NCBI RefSeq assembly: GCF_964204645.1
Contig: NC_134026.1
Location: 9,385,950 to 9,449,949 of the forward strand
Direction: 5' to 3'
Origin: Tubulanus polymorphus
Lineage: Eukaryota; Animalia; Nemertea
Length of the DNA: 64,000 nt
In this document: positions 31,377-45,700 of the stretch, piece by piece
Layout of the letters: every line of letters begins with the position of its first letter
Position numbering within the stretch: position 1 is the first letter of the stretch
Notes under the pieces: generated by a model
What the model was told of the DNA's origin: nothing
Databases searched by the model: none
Seen by the model: only the letters and a program-made list of their open reading frames with translations
Translations under genes and position numbers: made by a program

Positions 31377-34300
31377 TCACACAATGGAATGGTTCTCGAA
31401 TCAAAACCAGTCAGCTGAAATCATAAGCCAAGTTTCCGGTATATGATGAAAAAATAGGCGATTTTTCACAAAGATTTATTGTTAGATGATAATGGACAGG
31501 AGGTGGTAATTTTCATATTTTTTTATTTTGTATTCAATGTATTCTCCTAATTGTTTGCATTATGTAATAGAATTGATATGATATACTAGTAGCTCACTGC
31601 TCACACCTAAGTGGGTGCTCATTGGGGTTGCTAAGAATTTGTGATATTCCCGGAACAAAATATTGTGTGTGGTACTAGCATAAGGTTTACCATGAGCTCC
31701 TAGCTACCAGAATCAATCTTTTAACCAAGAGTCTGTGGGTATATGTGTGTTTTTTTTTCTATGGATACCAATGCTACCCCTGGCAAAATAAGAATCTCTT
31801 GGCTATTATTTGAGCGTTATATCTAATGTGATAAATGTTCAAAGACAAAAAACGAGGGCCTAGCATTACTGTTAACTCTGTTATGTAAACTTGAGGAGGT
31901 AAACCATTTTTGCAAAACTGGAAAGTCAACTCTTTTCATTGTCAGTTAAATTTCATTGTTGAGTTTTGGATAGATAGAAAGTGATTTTATTTTGGCTCGA
32001 AAATCAAACTTGTGACTGGAACTGGTTTTGATCATGACTACTGGTTATAAGCATTGACAAATCTATATTATGCAGACCAATCCAGGGGTAAGATCTGAGA
32101 TTTTGTTTTATTGGCAAGGTAGTTAAAAAAGCATTCTTGTAGCTCTTTGCACAGGAAAATTTTTAGAAACTTTAACAGAAGATGCTTTCTTCGGTTTTCT
32201 AACAACATTTCGACATGAAGTACCTTTAAATGGTGCATTCAAAAATTGAGAGACAGACCAAAGTTGTATATTACCCGGGATCTGCTCCTGTAAAATAACA
32301 TCTAACTAATCATGGACTGATGAATTCATTTTCAATCCAGTAGTCTACATCAAAATGTTTGCAGTTGGAATTGCACAATGTACTCTTTTAACTGGCAAAT
32401 ATCGATTAACAGTGAACATATTTTTTAGCTGCTCAGTGAAATTTAACCTTCAAAATGGGAAACTTTTAAGTTTAGGCAAATATATGCCTATAAATGCCAG
32501 GGAGTAGTCGAATGTAATCTTTTTCTTCATTCATGAATTGTCTTGTCAGTATTTCATTGACGGCTGTGATTTTATTGAGCATATCAGGTTTGCTGAGATC
32601 GCAGAACCATGAGACTTGAAATATTCGATGCCAATTTTTGAAATGGATCAAATATTCAATCAATATGAGTGATATATTATCGAGTTAATCACAAAGTGAC
32701 ATGCTTTTATTTCTATTGATTCTTATTTTTTTCTGAAAAAGCATGATGAATTGAAATTTTATATATGAAGTGAATTCAATTTTCGACCTAGAGTTTGTTC
32801 GGCTCGGGAAAGAATGCGTTGTAATATTAAGATAATTTACCGTGAATGTATTTGAAGGGGTTTACTTCATTCTAGTCACTAGTTTAATAATTGAACAACT
32901 CGCTCAGGGAACTGTTGTTAGTCGCACATGAAGTAAACCCCCTCCATAGTTGCTGCTGTACAGGAACGGCACACGTGTTCAGTTTGGAAAAAAAAATTGA
33001 ACTCTGTGCGGTTTGGTTATTAAAGATAACTTTGTTTAAAGATGATATATTGATGAAGTAGGCGATATCGGAATATCAATTTTAGAAGTGTAGAAGCTAT
33101 TTTCAGTGGCATTTATCTAATATATTCTAGCAACTAAGCCGACAAGACTCTGCGTGAATACATGATACTGGCTCTCACTTCTACCGAGAAAAAATATTCT
33201 GATATCATGGCTAAAGGCAAATCTTTCAGATGGATTTATTGAAAAAAGAATAGGTTTCCATCAGTTTTCAGATTTAACCTGGTATATATGTATATTTTTT
33301 AAATCCGCTGAATGGCAACTTCCCCACACAGGTACTGATGTGCGTGTTTTTTTTTTCTGAACTATTATATGACTCACACGCTGCTTGAGTAATTGTCGAA
33401 CTATGCGCGGTAGAAATCCTAGAATATCCGCGAACGAATGAGTGCAGATGTAGAAACATTTAATTGCACAGCAAATATTCTCGGTGTACATGTAAAAACA
33501 TTATGAATCCTCAAGAGCCCAAAATAGTCGCATATATGTAAAGATGATCGCTATCTTTTGGATTATGAATTCTCTGAATCATTTGAACTGAAGTATTGAC
33601 GGAATTGAAACTTATTTGAAATTTACTGATAGTCCTTCAAGACGTCGTCATCTTGTAACTTTTGGGCTTGGTAGGTTTCGTGGTGTGCCGTGTGATTTGG
33701 AATCATTTTTCCAATGTAAATTCTGCTTAATTGTTATGATGTTTCATCCTATTGTAATATAAAGATAAAATCATTATTAAGTGTGATAGTGGATTGGTCC
33801 TCAAGTGGTAGGTATTGTGGTGGATAATGTGCATTCGAAAATTTACTACCCAGTTCAGATTGGTGATAATCCAAATTTTCCTAATGGCAATAAACGATAA
33901 ACAGGCCTTTCTACATCCCTTTGGTGCTAGTTCATTAAATGTCAAAGATTCATTTTATAATGCTGATGTTATAATGATAATAATGTTAAGGTGTACTTCT
34001 TGATATACCAGACCCAGTTGTGTAAATGGTACGTAAATTCGAGATGATTGATTAAGAAAAATTTTGAGTTTGACTTCTTACACCCCACAACACTGTAGTG
34101 CTGGGTTGTGCAGGTATAGATTTGCAGTCTGGACCCACCACCTCCGACACTTATTCACCATTCTTCCAAATTTTGATTAACTAGGCATTATCTTGGACAT
34201 TTTTCATTGAACCAACAAATGCCAGACATTAATTTCGATAAGCATGTTTTAAAAAGTGGCTGCCATTGATCAATGGTGAACGTCTCGTCAAAGGTGGTGG

Positions 34301-35883
34301 GGTTCCTGGCTGAAGATAGATACATGCATAAATGAAACTAGAAATACTTAATGCCTGGAGATTCCTGAAATCTAAGCCCAGCATGCAATTATTTACACGT
34401 GTATCGCAAGGTCAGAAGTATGTGAAAATGTGCCTAATGTCATTCGATTATAAAATTTTAGTATATTTTAAAACCTGTTTTCTTAATGTTAACAAGGCAG
34501 CGCACAGTTAGAAAAGTTAGAGGCTTCGTGGAATGAATGAATGTTAACAAGTAAAAATATGAATATTGCTGGAATGGTAGTTGTTTACATAGAACGGTTG
34601 CCAGAAATGGTGCAACAGTGAATAGTGCTATACAAAACTAGTGAGGTGATATCAATTGTATGTGTTCAGAGGTGCCGTGCAACCTTGAAGTCGATATAAA
34701 ATTCCCTTGAAGAAATTATGTGAAGAATAGTGAATGGTATTTTTTGGCTTCAATTGGTCAAACCGAGTAGAAAAATCTGGCAAAAGCAAAACTATGTAAA
34801 AATTTATTTTTTTAAGTTTAAATGATGAAATAAAGGGAATTACTGAAGTATAGATATTGAGTTGTATTTTGAATGTGTGTTATCATACGATCTTCGAACA
34901 ATTGGCTTACTTGTGATCTGGACAATGTGGAATGATTTCATATCTACTGGGGCAGACAACAGGGAGATATATTGATCAGGCAACAGCTGGAAACAATCAG
35001 TAAATTGTGGTGTGTTGGTGAAATATGAAGATTGTCTACAAGTTTCACCTAATGTGTCTCGTACATACAGTAAAACCTCTTGAACAAACACCTTTGGTTC
35101 TGGGCAAATTGTTCTATGTGGAGAGGTAATATCTGTTGGCATAACACCACTTCGAGGTCACTTCGAAGTCAAATTTCCATAAATTATGTAAATTAGTATC
35201 ACACCGGTGCATGATTATTCAATAGAATTTCGCCTAGTAATTAACCACGAATGAAGTTAAATGATTATGAACTGGTTGATAAAGAACAAGGCTCTTTTAC
35301 TAGGAAATACAATACAACATTTTTGGTTCCAAGAAAAAAGCATTCGTCAAGAGAGGTTTGACCATATTTTAGATCTGCCCCCAAATAGTCGATCAGTCAA
35401 CATCTCACTATTTGTCTGAGGATCTTATGCGTGTATCAATCTGCAGCTTTTTGCGTTTCCTGCCTGGATTCATTTTCCTTCGCACCTTATCACCATTTTT
35501 CCAATGTTTTATTGTTCAGGACCTCACCCCTAACTTATCTTAGAAATGAACTAACACAGCCCAATATGTTTTTTGCAAAGATCTCATACAGATATCAATC
35601 TGCTGTCTGGACCCATTCCCCTGGATACTTCATTGCCATTTTGCCAATTATTGAATTTTAAGGCTTTCATTCGCGTGTTCACTTGAAATTTACTTGAAAG
35701 TGAACTCACTAGTCATTTCATCTTTACAAAAAGTGATTTCACCCTACAACAGTGAATTACCGAGGGAGTGGTTTTATACTGCAGACTGATACATGTACAT
35801 ACCCTTAGTTAGCTGGTACATATAAGCAAGCTTCCCACTCCAACAATGATAGCGACAAATTTATCGGTAATCAATCTACGTGT

Positions 35884-36130
35884 CAAGCGCGGATCCAAAT
35901 GGGGTTTCAGGGTTGCGACCCCCTGCTCGGCTACCAAAAAAATCTTTAATCGTTTTCTTGAAGGAATGTACTCAAGACATAGCAGGCGAACACTACCACA
36001 TAATTGGTACCATATCATCTTATGTTTGGCCAATCGATATGCCGTATAGGCTTTCAGAGATTTTAGTCGGGGGTTTAACATAAACATTCTTTATGAACCC
36101 CTCCTGGAAAAAATCCTGGATCCGCGCCTG
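35884..36130. mobile_element. hAT-like MITE relic
   Basis: CAAGCGCGGATCCA ... TGGATCCGCGCCTG termini; no clear 8-bp TSD. Similar relics at about 1110-1322, 32083-32290 and 44660-44935. Confidence 0.5.
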
Positions 36131-36741
36131 TGAGGAATAACTTCAATCAATCAAATAACTGTGATGATTTTATATGCAACAGGTTTTATTCAACAAAAAT
36201 ATTTACACAAGATAACAATTTACACAATAGGGCTGGATTTTTTTCTGAAATGGCTTTAAACAATTAAGTTATACATGTTTTCATTGAAATTAGGAAGTCA
36301 ATGTTTGGAGAACTACAACGGGAAACCAGGATCCATAATATTCTATTATCAACCATACGTACAAATAAATATCTGAACATTGGTATGCTTCGCTCAATTT
36401 CAACAACATAGTATTTGACCCTTGTTTAAATCCCAAGGTTATTCTAGAGCAATTATCTTGTCAAGATAATTACATCAAGGTTCTAGTAAATGGCTTAAGT
36501 CAGATATACAAGTTAGTCACAATAGAACCTACACAAGTGTCACCTATCCTTGCTACATTCGTACAAAAAACGCACTATTTTCGACCTATTTTTTCATTCC
36601 AGTCATAACATATCCGATTTAAAGAGCGCATGATTAGCACTGTTCAGAAAATCATCAGCCCAATATAACAACAGACAAGATCGAAATTCATTGAATCAGT
36701 GTAGTTGGCACCGATGCAAATATTAGACATCATTTATTAAT

Positions 36742-39700
36742 TCAGTCATCAAAGTCGTCGATAATGACAACATTGTCATCGTCATAAACACATTCGCTAT
36801 TTTGTTCCACATTGTTCGTAGGTTCACCAATGCTGAATATTTTAGTTTCTTCCTCCTCTTGAATAGCTAGATCCTTTTCATCGAGTCGGTCTTTAGTACC
36901 TTTTCTGAAATGAAATGAGAAAAAAAGGTTTTAAAGTGAACTATAAGCATTTCTTAGGGCCAGCAAAATCCATCCTACTGGGTTGCTTTATCAATCAGCA
37001 TTTGTGATTAAAATGTGCAAATATTATGTGCACTCTACCATCGATAATTATTGTTTTCAAAGAATCCATCAATCCCTGTTTGATAACAAGAGCATATTCA
37101 TATGGATTTTGAAGTATGTGCTATAACTGGGGTTGGCTTATCAAACATCAATACATGGTACAAGTGGGATTGAAACATTGAATAGCTAAGCCTTGTATTT
37201 CCCTGATTTTCAACGAAGTATATACAGTCCAAACACAGCTAAGGTAGAGTTTACTGTACTGGTTAGGATACGGAAAGTATACACCACATGATTGCACACT
37301 TCTTTTGGTCCCACACTGTTTAGTATTATAAGGATTTCATAAAACAAATTTCATGATAAACATGAATACATCAAAGATGATGATCATCATTATGTCTTCA
37401 ATTTACGGTACAAATTCATCAAGTTCTCCTTCAACCCCTTGCTTACCTTTGTTCAAAAGAAAATGATCCAATTATCTTAAGAAATGATCTTTTCACTGAA
37501 AGAAAATTAACAGAATAATATCATATTAGCAGATTTGTGAAATTTGCATAGAAACTGACATTATTTCCAAACTATAACTTCGATTGAAACTAAAGTTTGA
37601 TCATTATTAGTAAGTCATCCTGATTTTAAAAATCTTTTGCCATGGATAACAAAGTAACATAGCCCTCTTCTTACTTTGACTTTGATGATGGAAATCGGTT
37701 TTTGAAAGGAATGGTAGAAACTGAGTGGTTAGTTCGTCCGGTGTCCAATAGGAGCCTAGAAAATGAATAAATAATTTTCATTTCTTATTAATCATTATGA
37801 GTTTTCTAACTGTAAAATTCAATCAGCAAATGCATTTTGATACATATGCGATGCACCAAATCACTAGTAATATGATTTATGTATAACGAATTGACATCTG
37901 ACGCATTCTGCGTCTAATCGCACATTCAGTTTATCCAGGCATCTAAACCAGCTGCTATATGATTTGTCAACTATGCATCGCATTATGGCAGCCCGACAAG
38001 TATGGAAAAAAATGGATTTTCCAGACAGATTTAAAAAGAATCAATGACCTCTCACATAGAACGAATTGGAAATACTATTGGCTGAACATTATTCTTCAAA
38101 TGATGGATAATTGTCAAAGAAACTCTGTTCCATCATGGACTCTAAAATGAGGAAAATGGATCCTTCTAAAGTCCAAGGTTCCACATCCATTCTACGAGCT
38201 AATCAAATCATCTAGGTAGTTATAGCCAGCCGCTACTATTTTTGACAATGTAGGCATCATTTAAAAAAAAAAATGTCTGACAGCTGCTGGTTACTGATTC
38301 TAGTATGAAATTCCACAAAAGTGAAAACATCATTCGTGTAAGCAATTTGGCCTGAGCGAAAATATAAGCTGCATTCACATCGCCTTATTTAGAACAGTCT
38401 AGATTTGGTCGGTTCCAGTTTAGACTGTACCAAGCACTCGCATTAGCAAATAGTCTCTTCCACATAGGTCTCATTCAATTTGGTGTGTGAACAGAAACTG
38501 GTTTCAGGTCTGTTCCAAATTGTGAATCTCATAGATGTCGGTCGATGTCACTATCAAAATACTCATGGTGACATCTTGTGGGAGCAAAACTATCTGTAGC
38601 GCATTCAATAATGCATGTGTTCTAAATTGATCTATTCCTGGTATGGATATTTGATAGAACGGATTAAATAGTGGAAGTGTGAACACGGCAAAAGGAGCAG
38701 CACAGGCCCAAACGCTTAACAAATGGCTATTGCCAGCATGTTAACCTAACACACTCGCACCAACTTTCACTAGGTAATTTGAACATATTTATCGATGACT
38801 ACAGTACAGGATTATTGAACAGGATTGTGTAATTCATGATTATGCTAGTGCACTGATTTCTATCGAACGAAACAAATCCAGCGAGTACATACCCCTGAAC
38901 AGAACTTTGGCAGAGGCGAGTTGCTCTCTCATCTGAAATATAATGGTTTTTACAGAATAAATCAACACATCTTTAAACTTTTTTGAGTACCTTAATTTGC
39001 TTTTGATTTTACAAATACTGTATCACAAAATCTAATTCAGTCATTGCTGATCGATAGGGTGAAACCAATTATTATTTCTAAACAGTAATATCAATAGCAC
39101 TTCAACGTGCTGTAAGAGGGGTCGTAACTAGGGTCCAAGAACACCATGCTCACTTGGTTGAATGCTTGACAATTTAAATAAGATTCAATGCGCCCTGGTT
39201 ATTAAATGCAGAAATCTATGACCTTGAAACTCAACACATCCATAAGATACCTATGGTGGCTGATTTAGGCTATAACTTAAAATTTCTGGTATGCAAATGA
39301 GGGTGCCCCTGCCAAAACGAAATTCCGTTTTGGCGACCCCAAAAAACAACGAAAAACGTTGAATTTTCTCTAAAAATCCGTTTTGGCGTGCCAAAACAAA
39401 GAATATTCTGAAACAAAAAACGTAAATTTTCTTTATAAATCCATTTTGGCCAAAACAGAAAAAAGTCCGTTTAAGCGCGGTTATTTCCGTTTTGGCGCCC
39501 GTGCCAAGACAAAGATTCAACCACGTTGAATAATTCTATATACGCAAATTAAACTCAGGGTCAACACGCCGAATTGAAAAATAATTTTAGTCCGATTTGA
39601 CGCCAAAATGGATTTCTAGAGAAAATTGGACATTTTAGTTGTTTTGCCGGGGGTGCCAAAACGGATTATTCTTGGTATTGGCGCGCAGAAAGGTGAACGT

Positions 39701-42700
39701 GTTTTTGTTTCGGCATTCTGACAATCTGCCTTTGTTATTCTGATTGTGCTTTTTTTGGGCTTCAGATGTGTCTAGGGTAGGTACATATATAGCGCGTGAA
39801 ATGAATATAAAGAAAATCCATTAAAACAACTAGATTCTGTCTACAGATGAACAAACGGATGAAAAATGAACGCAATAGCCAACTAGGGCCATGCACCAAG
39901 TGGGCTAAAAAGACAGGTTTAACCTCCCTTTCACATGAATTTTGTCGTTTCACATACCTTTCTAATTACAGAAAACCACTGAGGTTTGTGTAGCGGTTTC
40001 CAGCCGAGCCCAGTCGTCCCGGAACTACATAAAGAACGGGCACTGTTCGAGAACATCAGGCCACGAGCTGCTACACTTGAAGAATATTCTCTCATTACTG
40101 AACGTGACTAAAGATAATGAGAAATAGTTTAGACCTGTATCGACCCTCCAAGAAAAGACAGATTACTGCAGGAACAACGACAGTTTCTAGAGAGAGTCCT
40201 ACACTTTGTGTCATTTGAATACACAAATTATATTCTTAATACATAAATATCGTTTTTAGATTTATATTTAGTGGGTTTTAATCTAATCATTTATTCTCCA
40301 TGTTTAAGTGTCACTATGTTTGGAGTAATCAAGGGCTATTCTACTATTACTGTAGTGCCCCTGTGCCAGAAACTTATCCCCATGCCTTTCTCCGCCCAAA
40401 AGCAAATCAGTACCTGTTGGTCTGATAGATAACTGAATGAATTCATTGAATATGAATTCATTAGGCTATGTAATTCATTAAAAATCAATCAGTCCAAACT
40501 GCTGTGAATTATGAGAGGTTAACATTGACTGCGACAATTTTGGCACTATAACGCCTACGCCGTGCGCATCAGTGGCGTTGGAAGTGCAGTGACTGCAGCG
40601 GCGAAAGCCGCAGCAATAATCTACTGGATACGTTTTTTTTTCTTTGAATACCATGTTTTTAAAGGGCATTTTTTAAAGGGCATTTCTTAAATCGGCATTT
40701 GGCCGCAGCAATCAAACATTGCTTCCATTGTGCCTGCGCATATGTTTCCACATTATACATTCAAATACATCTTGAAATCATAGAATTTCTTATGATTCTA
40801 TTGAATCAATAGATGGCAGCACTCTCGGCACAGCATCAAACACAAAGTGTCGACTATTAACTCAAGAGTTACTATTTGTCAGAAGGTCAAGCAATTGCGA
40901 TTTAAGTTCTGTACTTACAGTCCATTCAATTGTAAGGTAGTCTGAATCACTCATATATTCAGTAGCTCGGACAACATCATCAATATCGGTGAAGAACTCC
41001 ATGTAATTTTCATGTAAAAATGCGTTGAACAAATCACTAGACAAATTAGACTTCTCTACAACGTCCTGAAAATGCGCAGTGTTTCAGTTTAAATATTTAA
41101 GGATTTTTTCCAAGAGGTAAAATTCTAGAATTTTGAAATGACGTATAAATACCTCAGGCATGAAAAGAAGTGGATCTCTATAATGATGAGATAAATGCTT
41201 TGGTAGACTAGATAAATCGGTAACCTCTTCTGGGTTTCCCCCTACAACAAAAAGAATCCCATTTAGAGTAATCTTGACAAAATACAGTGATTTATGCATC
41301 TACACCAAGGACAGCTATTCCGGTGAAAGTAGATGACTAAACTGTATACTGGAAGAATATTTCTGAGAAAAAAATACTGCTACTTCATTTACAGAAATGA
41401 ATCAGGTAAATCACCCTATTTTAATCAGATGAAATATCTACAAAGAAGTTAACACATTCCCTCTCAACTATGGATTGTTTCATAGCTGAACGTTATTTTC
41501 ACTGCTCGGGCAATCGTAATGACATGGTTCCTTATTGGCTAGCAGCTTAAACAAAATTCTTATTCATCGATCGGTCAATTCTGAACAATGGCTGACTATG
41601 TGAAAGCCCAATACAAGACGATTCAGAAGAATGGGAAGCATGATTGGGGCAGTGAATTGTCTTCAACTCCTAAATCGATAAAATATGAGCTGAATTAATG
41701 AATAACTTAAATAGATTTTCCAGAGTATTTCAAGAAACTTGGACGACCAGAACTATGTACTATAGAAGCACATTTGCTCAAATACCACAATTTTCATCGT
41801 GAACAAGTCTATTATAACAAGGGGAAGTTTGAAATGAAAGATTTAATTTTCTAAATAGGTCTAAGCACAATCACTTACTTTTGCAGTATAATATTTTTCC
41901 AAGCGCTCGGAACAGAAATAAAGATACATCCTTCCCACCGATGGCTGACAACTGATCTTCAGATGATTTACTGCTACCCGGCTGTTTTGTCGATCTAGAT
42001 TTCGACTTGTTAGTTCGTTTTGAACTCTTATTGTCACAGACTAGCACCGATGACAAGTCAGTCGTTTCTGGAGATGATAAAAGAGCATCGAATTACAATA
42101 CAAATTATATTTACCCATTACAGTTCAAATCTTCCCACCAATGTAGTACTTTTAAAATCATCTTCAGGCCCTCAACTCCTGCTGAGCACCTTTCAAGGCA
42201 TTAATTAGTAAATGGATGAAAGAGAAAGGTCTCAGAGGAACCATCAACCAAGAAACTCTGCTGTTACTAGGACTTGAACATACCACAGATCGAGTTTGGT
42301 AACTAATGGCTTGAACCATTTAACTGCCTATGCCCTAAAGCGGACAAAAATGAGTCCACACCCTTAACTATCATTTTGTACTAATCTATACCAAATATTA
42401 TATTTAACCATAATGAGTGAGAAATATGTACAACAGGGTTGGGTATGGTTAAAATACCGCTACAGGAATGGCCATTACTAAAAAGAAATTTTCCAATTGG
42501 CACAGGGTGGGAAAAATAAGCAACAATTTTTTCCGAACCTTTTAAACAAGCAAACTGCGCTGCATTTATAGCACCACGTATATCACCATTACTCGCTGTA
42601 CATATAGCATCTATTGTATCTTTACTGGGTATTGGAAATTTATGAGCACCCTAGAAATAAAATGGACATATAACAATTAAAGTTGAAAGCGTATCTCATT

Positions 42701-45700
42701 TGACACCAGGGCCCAGTTGCACAGTCAAGGCATAGATTCAAGCCCACTCTACCAGTTAACCCAACTAGCTCTATAGCCAATTTGACAATTTAAGACTTAG
42801 AATTTCAGAGTCAAAGTCAAAGCTGCAATAATATTCATAGTACATACCTCTAATGATTCTTTGGTTATAATGCGAGTTATGACTTTTGACATCATTGTAG
42901 GAGCAACAGGGTTAAAACTGAATACAAATTTAGAAAAGTATGCATTATCAATAAAACCTTTTACACAGGAGAAATTATTCATTATTAAAGAAAGTTAGAT
43001 TTCTTGATTTTTCCCAATATTTGATTTCAATTCAATACAGTTTTCACTCTCTCTTACTTTTTCCTCAGTCCTTACGCAAAGGCTTTTTGTTTTACGGCAT
43101 TTTTTCATAAAGATAAATTTCAATGGTTCCAAAACGATCAGAATTTTACAGCAAGCAGTGCACAACATAGCCAAGCAGAACCATCAAAATTGATTATGCA
43201 ATGCACAAAAAATTATTTTAACAGGCTATACCTCACTTCCCATTTCTGCTGAGCTAAAAAATTGACGCAGTTGCCCCCTATTTACCCTGTGCATTACTTT
43301 TCTTAAAATCATGATCAAGCTTACCGTAACAGAGCAAGCAGCTATAGAAAGGAACTAATATGCAATTTCATTGCATATTACAAAATGACCAAAGCAATTT
43401 TGAGAAACAAGGTATCATTTTTCTTTCATGATTTACCTTATATTGCATATTGATAAATCGGCTTGAATGTCTTTAGGAAACAGCAGCCTTTCATTTGAGT
43501 CTGCACCCGCACTATCACTGATTACAAACACTAATGGACATTTACCATTATTTGAATATTTCCTATCAATGCAAAAAAAGAATGAGAAAATTTAGATCCT
43601 TTATCGTAAAGGACCCTTCTGAATTGGGTTAACTCAGGGAATGAAGTTATTCGGTGAGTTTCGACAACTGGAACTGTACCTGAGAATTTCTCGAAATAAA
43701 TCAGCTTCCCTGAAGAATATGTTCGGATATTCCTAGAAGTGAATAGATCTGTGATTACATTTACACTAATGATATATCCGGATCCAGAAAGAAAATCATG
43801 AAAATTGTTAATAACTGCATAGGGTTTAAGATGTGTGTATTGGGGAAGGGAAGGATGAAAAATGGTCAAGCCTATACTTTGTGTTATGGATAGATCCCAT
43901 ACAAGAAACAGAATCCTGTTCCACACCATAGGTTAACTGTGGAACTGGGTCTAATACAGACCTCTCTCCAGAGGCAACCTACACACCAAAATACAACACC
44001 CTGCTATCATTGGTTTGTAAGATATCACGTCCAAAAGAATGTTGGCCGCCAATTGCATGATATTTGGCTAATCATAAATACCTGTCTGATGTATTAAAGA
44101 TCCCTTTCCATAGAATACCCATCACTAATTTCAATGAAAAATGGCAAACCAGTAGAAAGCTACAGGACTCAGAATTCGGGCCAAATTTGACATTTTTGGT
44201 ACCCTAAAAAGGTCACAGAACAGCCAAACTATTCTTGATTAATGCCAATTTTATACGACAGTTTAAATAGAGCTTAAGATAGCTACGTACTTGTTCTCAG
44301 TAATTAGGAACACTGACCACGGTAATTCGAATGAAATATTTGTGGGCATTTATCTAGACTTCAAATTCATAACCTGAAAGGTTGTCAAATTAAATCCACA
44401 AGTTAACTAGGGTCCAAGGACAACTAGCCCAATCGGGAACTGGATGAATGCTTGCTAAACACATTAGTGAAAAATATGCCGCAGCAAATACCCAAAATTT
44501 ATCTGCCACATTGATGCCGAAAACTGTTTGCCACAACACAACACTAGCACCAACAATGGCGCTTTGGGGACTGCACCGCTTCCTGGAGATGTCATGTGAT
44601 CAATCAATTAAGTAATATATACTCGACACATCTGCATTGAAACTAAATTCAACAGCAAGCATGGGCGTCACAAGAGGGGGTCGGTGGTGTGCGGAAGATC
44701 CCATTTTTAAATCCAAGTGCCGCATTTTTTAGTTCCAAATTATTTTTTCTATAAATTTCATAAATATTTTGTATAAAAATCCAGGAAACATCACTTTCAA
44801 GCTTCCAATTTCAAAAATTAAGACTATTCAAGAACGTCTAAACAATTTCAAGATTCAGAAATGCTTGTTTTCTATCAGCGCTAAGTATGGTATCCGCTTA
44901 CTGACCCCCTTTAAAAAATCCTAGTGACACCCCTCGGTGTAAGTATGCTGAATCACTAAGTTAGATACTGACCTCGATTAAGATGAGTTTATGTTTTGTC
45001 ATGCATACATCCGATGTTCCACCAGTCGTCATGTCCAAACTCCGATATTTGTTTGCTCGTAGTAGAAAATCGATGAAAATCGATTTCTGAGTTTCCGTTG
45101 TGCGCCACCGGTATGAGGGAGTAAAACCTTCAAAGAATTAAGACAATTCCAGATACACATGTACAATTCTTTTCAGGATAGCTGACAACATATACTAGGA
45201 ATTAAACCCGGCCTACCAGTAAGTTGCACACCGGTATAAGAAGGGCCAATCGCCGGTTATGGAAATCAACAATTAAGTGATTTTTTAGACCAGAAATTTG
45301 CAATTACGTGTGCGCGTACATGCAACTAGCAACCTGTTGAGCGTGAAGGATCTATGATTAACTTTTATGCGATATTCATATCCACTTAAGAATAAAAAGT
45401 TCCGCTTGTGGCAAGTGAGGATTCCTTCTCAGATTCAATGATAAATCTCTATACCATATTATATCTATATAATTGCCCTACACTTAACAGAACCTTTTAA
45501 GATTAAAGGTTTATCTAGAGATATATTTGATGCAAGAGGCTCAAAATCTAGATGAAAATCGATTGAAAATGAACTGAATTTTCACAGAGCTTCCTATTGT
45601 AACACATGCCATATTGCCAGATAGCTGCTTGCACCACGTCCTCTTCGTCATAGCTACCAACCCATTTTAAATACCATAAGAACAAGCTGTGGCCTCAGTT

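Noticed and set aside
44290-44375. Candidate extra RAD17 exon with a good acceptor
   Set aside because: It has an in-frame stop after seven codons, and the true exon (EYPNIFFRE) is at 43732-43680.
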